Source: an uncultured Anaerolineales bacterium
GTDB taxonomy: Bacteria; Chloroflexota; Anaerolineae; CG2-30-64-16
Assembly: GCA_964387985.1 (NCBI GenBank)
Contig: CAYLZG010000009.1
Span: 9,811-61,772 of the forward strand
DNA: 51,962 nt
Reading direction: 5' to 3'
The translations under genes and the position numbers were made by a program. Under the pieces are notes generated by a model. That model did not search any database. It had not been told where the DNA came from and worked only from the letters and a program-made list of their open reading frames with translations. This document shows, one piece after another, positions 19,925-29,105 of this stretch. Within the stretch, counting starts at the first letter, position 1; every line of letters begins with the position of its first letter.

Positions 19925-21270
19925 GATCTCACGGTGATGGGCAGAAACACCGGCGACGAACCCCGATGCTCAAACCAAACAACGCACTCATCGACCATGT
20001 CCAGCTTCAATTGGTAACTTCCGGGTGCCGCTGGTGCGGTCAGCGTGATATCGGTCTTGGCCGTTTCACCCGGATGCACCGAGTTGCTGAGGTAACCTCG
20101 TCCATAGTCGTAGACAACTGCCAGCCCTTGCTCGTTCATAAGCTTAGCTCCCAGCGCCACAAATCCTCCTATTTCGACAGGCTTGTGCAGCCAGAAAGTG
20201 TCGCCGATGTTCTTAACGATCGCCTTGACGGTGAATTGACTCCCGGTTGCCACCTCTGCGGGGAAAGAAAGGACGGTGATCTCGGCCATGAGGATATTTG
20301 GCCGTCTGCTATCGGGGCCGCGCGTTTCCTTTTGTGCAATAATTACCGGATGGATCCTGATCGCATTGTGCACCATCTGCAGACTCTGCCACGCCAAAGT
20401 CGACTCCTCCGAAGGAGTCACCGCAATGTCTTGCGGCTGGTAATAATTCGGTGCGAACCGGCGAGCAACTCTCTTGAGCATGCTGAATCGATCCACCACC
20501 CTGGCAAGAGCCGATGTGGCAAGTCGAAACGGTCTTGGCAGCATAATCACCGCCCCATTTCGAACGGTCGAAGCACTTATGGAGTGCCACGCAGACCGAT
20601 CGTACGTGGGTGGTGGAAAGATGTAAGGCTGCAGCGTGACATCGCGGAATCCGGCTTGAAGGCAGGCTTCGATCACCTCGTCCACAACGATGTCGCGCTC
20701 AAGCACGCCCAGCTCAGCCATTTCCGCACGTGACTGAGGATGTTGTGAATGGCCCATGCCAGGCTCGGAGAAGACCGCCCGGCCATCAGGTTTCAAAGCG
20801 CGGCAAATTTCGCTCAACGCGCGCGGAATGTCGGGCACATGGTGCAGTGCAGACAAGCAGATCACACCATCGACCGAGCCATCCGCTAAGGGGAGCCTTT
20901 CGAAATCGCCCACTGTTTGTTTGGCGCCCACCGGCAACCTGCGGCGCCCGATCTCAAGCATGTCGCGCGCGTAATCCAGCGATATCGTATCGACCAGCAG
21001 ACGATTCAGCCAATCTGATACCCAACACGAACCAGCGCCCAAGTCCAGAACCAGATCTCCTGGCGCAGGATCGAGCGCCTGCACGGATACGGCGAAGTTG
21101 TATATCTCACCGAGAGAAAGCCGTACGTTGGTCATGCCGCGGCCAGCAAATGGCTGGCGCAGCAGCCACTCGCCTTCAATCTCTCCCGTGGATGAACTGC
21201 TCTTGCGTTGATAGGCTTCGCTTTCACGGGTTTTATCGTGTGATAGCAGTGCCGGCGTCTGCGAACTCAT
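19921..21270 (-). CDS. Class I SAM-dependent methyltransferase with a C-terminal Ig-like (NBR1-like) domain
   Basis: VLDLGAGSCW, GDFERLPLADGSVD and ALHHVPD motifs. C-terminus VKNIGDTFW…VHPGE…LTAPAAPGSYQLKLDMV. Confidence 0.88.
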   Translation of the reverse strand: MSSQTPALLSHDKTRESEAYQRKSSSSTGEIEGEWLLRQPFAGRGMTNVRLSLGEIYNFAVSVQALDPAPGDLVLDLGAGSCWVSDWLNRLLVDTISLDYARDMLEIGRRRLPVGAKQTVGDFERLPLADGSVDGVICLSALHHVPDIPRALSEICRALKPDGRAVFSEPGMGHSQHPQSRAEMAELGVLERDIVVDEVIEACLQAGFRDVTLQPYIFPPPTYDRSAWHSISASTVRNGAVIMLPRPFRLATSALARVVDRFSMLKRVARRFAPNYYQPQDIAVTPSEESTLAWQSLQMVHNAIRIHPVIIAQKETRGPDSRRPNILMAEITVLSFPAEVATGSQFTVKAIVKNIGDTFWLHKPVEIGGFVALGAKLMNEQGLAVVYDYGRGYLSNSVHPGETAKTDITLTAPAAPGSYQLKLDMVDECVVWFEHRGSSPVFLPITVRS

Positions 21271-21321
21271 CTCAGGTCACCTCTGCAACTAATGCATCAG
21301 CAGCGCCGCCAGCACGGCGAG

Positions 21322-22581
21322 TTAGTTCGCCCCAGGCTGGCTGTAAGTGCGCGCGATGACTCTCTCGACGAACGCCTTGTAGCGCTCCTCGACGACTGCG
21401 CGGCCGTAATTGCGGTGCACATATATGCGACCATTGTTCGCCATCTGGGATCGCAATCTGATATCGCCGAGCAGCAACTGGAGCGCCTCAATGAATTCCG
21501 GTCCACTCTCATAGTACAGCCCGGCGCTGCTGCGCCCCACATGACCTTTCAGCACTTCCGATTGCCCGTTCACCAGGACCGGTGCGCCACAGAGCATGGC
21601 TTCCAGGGTCACGATGGAAAAGCTTTCAAAGGCAGATGGATTGACAAAGACCGTCGCCGCGGCCATAGCCCCCAACTTCTCTGCTTCTGATACATGTCCC
21701 AGGTAATGGATGTATCGGTCCCGCGGGATGCTCATCGCGCGGCTTCCGATTAGAACCAGGTGCAAATCCGGGAAGCGGCGCCGAGCCTGGCGGAAATACC
21801 GAAACAGATCACCGCAGCCCTTTGAAGGATCAATGCGTCCTGCATACAGGATAAAGGGCCAGCGAATGCGGTGCTTCCTTCTAAAGGCGGAGGCATCAGG
21901 CTCAGACGGCAGAGTAACGGGCATCCCGATGATGGTTTGCAGAGCGTCCTCTATCGGAAACGTACTCGAGACAAACTCCTGCTCCTCCGGAGTCAGGAAT
22001 GCTATTGCCGCAAAGCGCTGAAACATAGAGCGGTAGAGCGGCAAGAAGATCATCGCCTCATCGTGGGCTGTCGGTATTAGCACGGTCTTGGCCGCGGGCA
22101 CCTGTAGAGAGCCATGATAGGTCGTGGCATACAGATAGGTGAAAAAAAAGATCGCTTCATAATCACGATGATTGTGTGCCAGGTGCTCCAGGAGCGGCGT
22201 TGAATAGGGACCCTGGAACCGCAAAAGAGAAAGCTGCTGCTCGCGAGAAGGCCGGGCGATCAACGCGCGCATCAGGGTCTTATGGCGGTGGTAGGCCTGC
22301 AGGGGCAGGCCACCAAGTATCGAGCTCATCAGGCGATGAAAAGCCGCATCACGCTCGAAATCCACCCCAAATCGACGGACCGTCACACCATTGAGGATCG
22401 ACTCTCCCGCAGGATATTCGTTACGCCAGGTAAGATAATCCTGCGCACAGGTTGTGATGACTTCGATGGGCCGGTGCACCGCCAGCATTTCGGCGACGCT
22501 CCGGCACAATGACTCGGCGCCACCGACAACCTCCTCCCCATAGCGATGCACAACCAATGCGACGGGACGGGGCGAATTCAC
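21322..22581 (-). CDS. Glycosyltransferase family 4
   Basis: YG.EVVGGAE, YAGRIDPSKG and ESFSIVTLEAM motifs. Confidence 0.92.
   Translation of the reverse strand: MNSPRPVALVVHRYGEEVVGGAESLCRSVAEMLAVHRPIEVITTCAQDYLTWRNEYPAGESILNGVTVRRFGVDFERDAAFHRLMSSILGGLPLQAYHRHKTLMRALIARPSREQQLSLLRFQGPYSTPLLEHLAHNHRDYEAIFFFTYLYATTYHGSLQVPAAKTVLIPTAHDEAMIFLPLYRSMFQRFAAIAFLTPEEQEFVSSTFPIEDALQTIIGMPVTLPSEPDASAFRRKHRIRWPFILYAGRIDPSKGCGDLFRYFRQARRRFPDLHLVLIGSRAMSIPRDRYIHYLGHVSEAEKLGAMAAATVFVNPSAFESFSIVTLEAMLCGAPVLVNGQSEVLKGHVGRSSAGLYYESGPEFIEALQLLLGDIRLRSQMANNGRIYVHRNYGRAVVEERYKAFVERVIARTYSQPGAN
21356..21489. repeat. 134-bp direct repeat, copy 2 (within the 3' end of the GT4 gene)
   Basis: Matches 19752-19885. 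Confidence 0.95.
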
Positions 22582-23666
22582 AGAACCCCCAGTCTTTCCA
22601 AGGCGCCGCGCAAAGGCGCCTCTGCCTTTTCTCTTGTAAGCTGCGCCACGCGATGTTTGCCATGCGTCTTGAGAGTAGTGCGCAGGCCGCCGTCCGAAAC
22701 AACGATCCGCAACAACTCGGCAATCTCAGGGATCTTCCACTCTCTGATCAGGATACCCGCATCTCCGAGCGTTTCCGGCACCGCAGCAGCCGCACGCGCA
22801 AGAATCGGCAAGTCAAAAGTCATGCTTTCGATCAGTGGCACCCCGAAGCCTTCATGGCAGCTTGCCGACAGGAACACGTCGCTATTCTCATAATATGTCC
22901 GCAGATCCCCCCGGCTGACGCGATCGGTCACCGTGACCACTTCATTCAGATCCAGGCGGCTGATCAACTCGGCAACATACTTCACATAAGTGCGGAATGA
23001 CCGGTTCCCTACGAGCCACAGATGCACCGATGGATCGATGTAGCGATGGTAAGCATAGGCTACCTTGATCAAGTCATCACACCGCTTGTTTGGCGCCAGG
23101 CGGCCCACTGACAGCAGATTCACCCGGGCAGTGGTCCGAAGCTGACGCGCAAGCTCCCCGTTCACCGGCGCTTCGGCAAGATTCACCAGGTCCAGCGAAA
23201 CAGGGCGGACGAAGGCCCGCTCGGCAGGGACGCCTGCCGCGATCAAGTCGCGCAAGTTGTACTCCGAAACCGCAAGGGCAATGTCACAGTCGCTGAGCGC
23301 TGCTAATGAGGCTCGTCCAAGCCGGCAAAGGGTTGCGAGGTGGGGGTCAAAGTCCTGGAAATACTCTGGCGGAGTAATGTTGTGATAGATGACGACTTTC
23401 CGGTTGTGAGAACGGCGGTATTGCTGCAAGTTGTCGCTGTAGATGGAATAGTGGTAGAGCAGAACGTCTTCCCGATCGGCCAGATACGGTTCGTACGCGC
23501 TGGTTGGCCGGCTGACGCCCCCCAACCGGGATTCGGCACTCTCAGCATAAATGGTCGCGTTCAGTCCCCAGCTCTTCAGCAGTCGATCGATTTCGAGGAC
23601 ATCGTTCGTCACCGCGTCGCCATAAACCAGGTTGGCCGTCATCTGGTGGATACGCTGCGGGCTCAT
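22578..23666 (-). CDS. Glycosyltransferase family 4
   Basis: GDAVTN, YHNITP, VGRLAPNK and HEGFGVPLIESM motifs. Paralogue of the next gene. Confidence 0.93.
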   Translation of the reverse strand: MSPQRIHQMTANLVYGDAVTNDVLEIDRLLKSWGLNATIYAESAESRLGGVSRPTSAYEPYLADREDVLLYHYSIYSDNLQQYRRSHNRKVVIYHNITPPEYFQDFDPHLATLCRLGRASLAALSDCDIALAVSEYNLRDLIAAGVPAERAFVRPVSLDLVNLAEAPVNGELARQLRTTARVNLLSVGRLAPNKRCDDLIKVAYAYHRYIDPSVHLWLVGNRSFRTYVKYVAELISRLDLNEVVTVTDRVSRGDLRTYYENSDVFLSASCHEGFGVPLIESMTFDLPILARAAAAVPETLGDAGILIREWKIPEIAELLRIVVSDGGLRTTLKTHGKHRVAQLTREKAEAPLRGALERLGVL

Positions 23667-24766
23667 GGAACTCGTGCTCCCGCCGGTGTTGAGATGCCAA
23701 TTCGCGCCAATACCGCGACCAGCTGAGCCTCAACCCGCGCGGGGGCAAAATCCCGTACGCGCCTGTTTTGGCCTTCGACGATCTGGCGCCGCAGCATCGG
23801 ATCTGCCAATACAACTCCCAACACCTCGGCCAGGTATGGATAGTTGAGCGCGGTGAACTGCAAGCCCGCATCGCCCAGCGTATCGGGAACTGCGGTCGTG
23901 GCACGCGCCAGGATGGGCAGCTGGAAGTGCATGGCTTCGAGCAGCGGCACGCAGAAACCTTCATGTTTGCTAGTGCACAAGAAGGCATCGGCTGCCTCAT
24001 AGCAGCTCTTCAATTCTGCAAGCGAAAGACGGTTGGTGAAGATCACCGCCCCCCGCAGTTGCAGCCGCTCGGTGAGAGCATCGAGCACCGCGTCATATGC
24101 AGGCAGAAAGCGAGCACCGGCTAGAATGAGCTTTGCACGGGGTGCAACGTACCGGCGATAGCTGGCAAAAACCTTAATTAGATCCTCATAGGCCTTGTTA
24201 GGCGCGACCTTGCCCACGAACAAGATATTGCCGTCGCCTGCAAGTTTCAACTCCCGATACAAGCTACCGGACCGCGAGCAGTTCCCAAAGTCCTCAACAC
24301 CGAGAAACAATGGAAGGACCGCGGTTCTTTCTTCCCCAAAGCCTCGTTCGACAAGTTCCCTGCGATTATACTCGGAGACTCCCAAAGCAAGATCGCATTC
24401 TGCCAGCTCACCGAGCAGGTCACGGCCGCGCGCGCAGATCGACTCGTAAAAGGGATCGTAGGGGCGGTAGAACTCGGGCGGAGTAACATTATGATAAATG
24501 AGGATCTTGCGATGGCGTGTGCGTTGGAACAAGCGATAATTATCGCAGTATGCTGAGTAATGATAAATCAGAAGGTCTTCAGATCCCCCGGTCGCCGGGT
24601 CATATTCCCTGTCGCTGGCCGCCCTGCCCTTCGGCGCAGCGGTGATATCGGCTCCGTAGATGCGGGCGTCAAAACCCCATCTACGGAGCCGCCGGTCGAT
24701 TTCCATCATGTGATTGGTGACTGCATCACCCACCGAGAGGACTGACCCCATCTGATGAACGATCAC
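23663..24766 (-). CDS. Glycosyltransferase family 4
   Basis: GDAVTN, YHNVTP, VGKVAPNK and HEGFCVPLLEAM motifs. Confidence 0.93.
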   Translation of the reverse strand: MIVHQMGSVLSVGDAVTNHMMEIDRRLRRWGFDARIYGADITAAPKGRAASDREYDPATGGSEDLLIYHYSAYCDNYRLFQRTRHRKILIYHNVTPPEFYRPYDPFYESICARGRDLLGELAECDLALGVSEYNRRELVERGFGEERTAVLPLFLGVEDFGNCSRSGSLYRELKLAGDGNILFVGKVAPNKAYEDLIKVFASYRRYVAPRAKLILAGARFLPAYDAVLDALTERLQLRGAVIFTNRLSLAELKSCYEAADAFLCTSKHEGFCVPLLEAMHFQLPILARATTAVPDTLGDAGLQFTALNYPYLAEVLGVVLADPMLRRQIVEGQNRRVRDFAPARVEAQLVAVLARIGISTPAGARVP

Positions 24767-25332
24767 TCGCGGTCGCTCCGCGCATCCTGCAACGCCTCCA
24801 CGCCCGGCTCACGCAGCGAACGCAGTTCGGCCTCAAGCTCCTCGCAGCGAGCCTGAAGGTCAGCCAGGCGACCGGCAAGCGCATGGTTAGACGCAACCGT
24901 ATCGCTTAGGGCGCGGGCAACAAGGGCGTTGAAGCCGACCTGCTGGTCAAGGAGGGGCCGCACATACCATTTGGTGGACATCCAGTTCCATCCCCTGCGA
25001 ACTGCAACGATAAGGGGACCGATCACCGGCGTGTGTGATGTGAAGGGAGCCTCCCGCACGAGCCAGCGTTCCTCCAACTCTGCCAACAAGTGCGCCCCAT
25101 CCATAGAGCCGGGCTCGAGCGGCCCCGCAGCGCCCTTATCGAGCACCTGAAGGCGCACCTGATCTGCTATGGCATCGAGGTCTTCCTGATACGCCCCTTC
25201 TGCGCGCCGCTTGGCCACGTTGCGACGTACTTGCTCCATCAGCGCATCGACGTCGACCTGTGGATCTCGGACAATGAAGATGTCAGGGTCTTCTGCCGGC
25301 GCTTCTTGCGGATTTACCATTTGCCCATCCAC
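24763..25332 (-). CDS. Hypothetical coiled-coil protein associated with the glycan cluster
   Basis: VDVDALMEQVR…F.SH.P.IG.L…WYV.P...QQ..FN followed by heptads. GAGGAG 7 nt before GTG 25332. Paralogue of 28683-29105. Confidence 0.75.
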   Translation of the reverse strand: MDGQMVNPQEAPAEDPDIFIVRDPQVDVDALMEQVRRNVAKRRAEGAYQEDLDAIADQVRLQVLDKGAAGPLEPGSMDGAHLLAELEERWLVREAPFTSHTPVIGPLIVAVRRGWNWMSTKWYVRPLLDQQVGFNALVARALSDTVASNHALAGRLADLQARCEELEAELRSLREPGVEALQDARSDRE

Positions 25333-25348
25333 AAGACAACTCCTCACT

Positions 25349-27487
25349 CTATTGTGCAGCGCGGGCCACGATGCGCGCCATGCTGAAACGCCAGATAAGG
25401 GGAACAACGGCGCTCGGCCGCCTGTCGTAGGTCCCTTCTAGCATATCCGTTTCCACAACGTATTCCTCAGGAGGCGCTAACGACAGCGTTTGGGCGGACC
25501 AGGAATGGCCCCCCTCTGTGTCAATCCAAAAGACGGAGCGCCCCGAATCCAGCCATGAACGGACTGTCATCTCCCAGAGCGGTCCGTCCAATTGCGCGGC
25601 ATCTCGTACGATCAACACCTCGTGCCCGAACAAGAAACGCAGTGGCGTGCCGAGAAAGTCACCGACACCGACGGGCGCGGTGTCATTAAAAACGAGGACC
25701 GACGCGGCCGGCAAGCTGGCATCAACTCGTGCGATTTGCGACAATACACCCCGGTAGTCCACTTGCCTCACAAAGGCACGCGCAGACACAACTATAGCGG
25801 CTATCCAGGCGAGTGTCAACACAACAACGCTCCAGCGCCAACGTGCCGTGACCTTGCGATGGAGGATCATCAGCAAGTAAGTGGCAGTGACGATGAAGAA
25901 CGGCGCCACCTGCGGCACGTAACGTCGCATCGCGTAGATCTGGTGCGGATTGGCGCTGATCTGCCACAGGAAGACGACCGAGAAGATGCCCCCGGCGATC
26001 ACCAAGAATGCTGTCTTGCGGTTGATTTCCCGCACGATGAGACAGGCAGTTCCCGCGACGCTCAGGGCCAACCCAAGCGGCGACAGGTACCAGCCGAGCC
26101 GCACGAAGTTCTGTTGGTCCAGGGCCGGGATCTCACCGCCTCCATACCAGTAACTGAATAACCGGACTTCGGAGAGGTGCGGGCGTATGAAATACGCGAA
26201 GAGCGCCAGGACGACGACCAGCGCGGCGCAGACACGCAGGACGACCGGAACAAAATCAGCCACTGCCTGCCCGGTGCCCGCCCAAAAGCGACGCTTTTGG
26301 CGCGGCCAGACAGTCCAGGCAAGCCCGATCAACACACCGGCGGACAGAAATGACAGCAATCCAGGCAGCAGAAGACCTACGCCGACCTGGGTGATCAACG
26401 AGAAGTACGGCCGAGTGACCAACAGCCCGTGCAGCACCGAATGTAATGTGAGCAGGGTCAACGGAACGAAGAACCAGATCGAAGTCCGACGCCAGGATCG
26501 CATGACGGTGAACCAGATGACAAGAATCACGGGCAGCGCCAGCAAGACATAGGTGTCGATCCGAGTGAGAAAGACCTCGCCGAACGCCAGACCTGCCAGC
26601 AGCGCCCAGAGTCCGTCCGGCTCGCGTCGATCGAGCCATTGCGCCAACGCCCATGCGCCGGTCCAAAAGAAATACTGCGTCAGGACTTCGGCCGTCGGAT
26701 AGCGCGCGAACCAGACCTGCAAGGCGGTGGCGGACAATGCCACCAGCGCCAACATGGCCGGCTGCCACCCCCAAAGCGCTCGCACGGTCATGTACACGGC
26801 CAGGCATCCCAGTATGCCCCACAGCGGCGTGATCAGCAGCTCGGCCGGCAGGTCCCCCAGCGCATATCCTACCGCCTGCCAGACAGGATGCAGGTGAAAA
26901 AACTGTGGTGTTATGAGATCCGCAGGACTGCCGGTGACATAGAATCCTGGCAGGATGTAATAGGGGGCGGCCTCGCCGGCAGGCATGGTGCGCAACAGCG
27001 CGGGCCGGAGACCTGGATCCAGCTGGCCGAGCAGCGGATCATGAATCAGGATGCCGCCCGTCTTGGCGATGTTAGCGCCCAGGCTTACGTACACGCCTGC
27101 GTCGGCGCCGCCGATGACAAACTCATGGGGCCGGAAGTAGACGACGCTGGCAGCCACCAACCACAGCCCCAGCCCGATCCATTCCCAGCGAGATTGTCTT
27201 GGAGCCATCACAACGGCGGGTTCTGTTCCCCTGCGCCGCACGAGCCAGATAATCAGCAGGATGCCCGTAGTCATGGCCCAAAGGACGGCCATCGCGAGGA
27301 GCGAGAAGCGGTTCAGTTCCGCAAGTAGAAGCGCGAACCACCCCAGCAGCATGACCCCCAACGTGATGGCGATGAACACGAACTCGACCGCGTCGGTCGC
27401 CAGGCGGCGCCACAAGCGCAGCGCTAACGCGCCCGGGACGCCCGCGCAAAACACGAGCAGGATCAGCGCCAGCGCCGGCGGCAGCAT
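25349..27487 (-). CDS. Large GT-C-fold membrane glycosyltransferase (ArnT/PMT-like)
   Basis: More than 12 TM segments. GGADAGVY acidic loop, QVWFARYP.AE and RRYVP motifs; C-terminal soluble domain. TGATG overlap with the upstream stop. Confidence 0.75.
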   Translation of the reverse strand: MLPPALALILLVFCAGVPGALALRLWRRLATDAVEFVFIAITLGVMLLGWFALLLAELNRFSLLAMAVLWAMTTGILLIIWLVRRRGTEPAVVMAPRQSRWEWIGLGLWLVAASVVYFRPHEFVIGGADAGVYVSLGANIAKTGGILIHDPLLGQLDPGLRPALLRTMPAGEAAPYYILPGFYVTGSPADLITPQFFHLHPVWQAVGYALGDLPAELLITPLWGILGCLAVYMTVRALWGWQPAMLALVALSATALQVWFARYPTAEVLTQYFFWTGAWALAQWLDRREPDGLWALLAGLAFGEVFLTRIDTYVLLALPVILVIWFTVMRSWRRTSIWFFVPLTLLTLHSVLHGLLVTRPYFSLITQVGVGLLLPGLLSFLSAGVLIGLAWTVWPRQKRRFWAGTGQAVADFVPVVLRVCAALVVVLALFAYFIRPHLSEVRLFSYWYGGGEIPALDQQNFVRLGWYLSPLGLALSVAGTACLIVREINRKTAFLVIAGGIFSVVFLWQISANPHQIYAMRRYVPQVAPFFIVTATYLLMILHRKVTARWRWSVVVLTLAWIAAIVVSARAFVRQVDYRGVLSQIARVDASLPAASVLVFNDTAPVGVGDFLGTPLRFLFGHEVLIVRDAAQLDGPLWEMTVRSWLDSGRSVFWIDTEGGHSWSAQTLSLAPPEEYVVETDMLEGTYDRRPSAVVPLIWRFSMARIVARAAQ

Positions 27488-28686
27488 CACGCCCGGTTCC
27501 TCCCTGTGCAGCATCCCAAGACATGCTCGGCGAACGCCACGTAGGCGGCCGCAGCGCGCTCCGGAGAGTGCTGTTCCTGCGCGTAGGTTCGGGCCTGCTG
27601 TCCCATCTCCCTGCGCAAGCCAGGATCCCGCGCGAGTCGCAGCATGGCATCCACCAGGGCTTGATCATCTTGCGGCGCGACCTTGAGGCACACCGTGTCC
27701 GGTAGCTCGCGGTACCAGCCGTGATCGTTGACGATCAGGGGGCGGCCGGTCGCGAGGCCGCGCAGGGCAGTCGCAGAAGTCTCACCAACCGTCGGGTAAC
27801 GCAGGTTAACGACCACATCAACCGTTGCCAGCCAGCTCAGGAAATCACTCAAACTGGGCGCAAAGCCGATGGAGGTGACTGCATCCGCGAGATCCAGGCG
27901 CGCCACCACTGCCGGCGCATCGACGTCATGTGACTGCCATTCACCCACGATCAGGTAGTGGGCATCAGGCACATGCCGGCGCACCTCCCTGAAGGCCAGC
28001 AGGACCCGCTCCAGCTCTTTGGTATGCGACACCAGGCCGAAGCTGCCGAAAATGACAGCTTCCCTGGGCAGATTGAGACGGTGGCGGAAGGAGGCAGCCT
28101 GGGCCAGGCCGATCGGGGCAGGCACGACCCCGATCTCCTGCCAGGGAACGCGCTGCCGGGCGAGGTCCCGAGCGTAACGACTGTGCACCAGCACTCCCAG
28201 CGCCACCTCAAGGTAGCGATCGTTGAGCGCCACCTCGAAGTGCGGCGGCTCACACATTCCCATCTCAACTTCGCGCGCCCAACTCAGGCCTCTGGCTCCG
28301 AGGGCATATGCCATCTCACGGCGGTAGAGAGCGGATTTGCCCCCCGCCAACGACTGCCCAGCACACAACTGGTGCAGGCCGAAGTCATGCAGGACCATGA
28401 TGCCGGGGTAGCGCGCAAGACTGCGGGCAATTTCGACATGATACAGGCTGTTGCCCATGTGGTAGAACGCGAGGTCGTGCTCCCACCGCTGTGCGCCAAA
28501 GGCAGCGACGGGAAACGCCGGAAATGCAGCCAGGTCAGTCCCGTCCAACGCATCATACTGCTCAGAGAAAAGGGTAACCTCGGCCAGACGTCCCAGGTGC
28601 GGCAGGAGTTCTGCGCTGTAGTCGGCTATGCCAGTGCGGGCAGGGGGCAATGGGCTGAAGTGCGCGAGTCGCAGGTGGCGGCTCAC
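27487..28686 (-). CDS. Glycosyltransferase family 4 (WbdA/mannosyltransferase-like subtype)
   Basis: FSPLPPARTGIADYS, YHMGNS.YH, LHD and NLRYPTVGETSA motifs. Confidence 0.9.
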   Translation of the reverse strand: MSRHLRLAHFSPLPPARTGIADYSAELLPHLGRLAEVTLFSEQYDALDGTDLAAFPAFPVAAFGAQRWEHDLAFYHMGNSLYHVEIARSLARYPGIMVLHDFGLHQLCAGQSLAGGKSALYRREMAYALGARGLSWAREVEMGMCEPPHFEVALNDRYLEVALGVLVHSRYARDLARQRVPWQEIGVVPAPIGLAQAASFRHRLNLPREAVIFGSFGLVSHTKELERVLLAFREVRRHVPDAHYLIVGEWQSHDVDAPAVVARLDLADAVTSIGFAPSLSDFLSWLATVDVVVNLRYPTVGETSATALRGLATGRPLIVNDHGWYRELPDTVCLKVAPQDDQALVDAMLRLARDPGLRREMGQQARTYAQEQHSPERAAAAYVAFAEHVLGCCTGRNRA

Positions 28687-29105
28687 AAGGCAGGTCCCTC
28701 AGGCCGCACCCCAGCCGTTGCGTCAGGAGGAGCGGCGGCCAGGTCATCCAGGCGGCGGTGCAGCTGGACCAACTGCACTGCCACTTCACCAAGGTCGTGG
28801 CTCTGCTCGTTTTTTTCGCGGTCTTGGGTAACAAGCCACTCGTGCAATGCCGCCACATCACGCCGCACATCCTGCAGGTCTGCCTGCAAGGCTGCGAACT
28901 GGTCCACGGACAGCTGGTTGAAACGCGTTTGCTGCTCCCGCATCGGCTGCACGTACCAGCGGGTTGCCACATTGTTCCAGGCAGTCCTGAAGGCTGCGAC
29001 CAAGCGTCCCAATACCGGGGCGTGTGAGACAAACTCGTGCTCCGGCAGCACCGCAGACTCCCGCAGACCTGCCAGAGGATCTCCGGAATCTTCCCCCGCT
29101 GTCAC
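28683..29105 (-). CDS. Hypothetical coiled-coil protein associated with the glycan cluster
   Basis: FVSHAPVLGRL…WYVQPMREQQTRFN plus heptads. GTG 29105 overlaps the wzt stop (GTGA). Confidence 0.75.
   Translation of the reverse strand: MTAGEDSGDPLAGLRESAVLPEHEFVSHAPVLGRLVAAFRTAWNNVATRWYVQPMREQQTRFNQLSVDQFAALQADLQDVRRDVAALHEWLVTQDREKNEQSHDLGEVAVQLVQLHRRLDDLAAAPPDATAGVRPEGPAL

Noticed and set aside
22142-22149. A8 homopolymer in a GT4 gene as a phase-variation tract
   Set aside because: It is short, in frame and explained by Phe-Phe-Phe codons. Read-level length variation would be needed.
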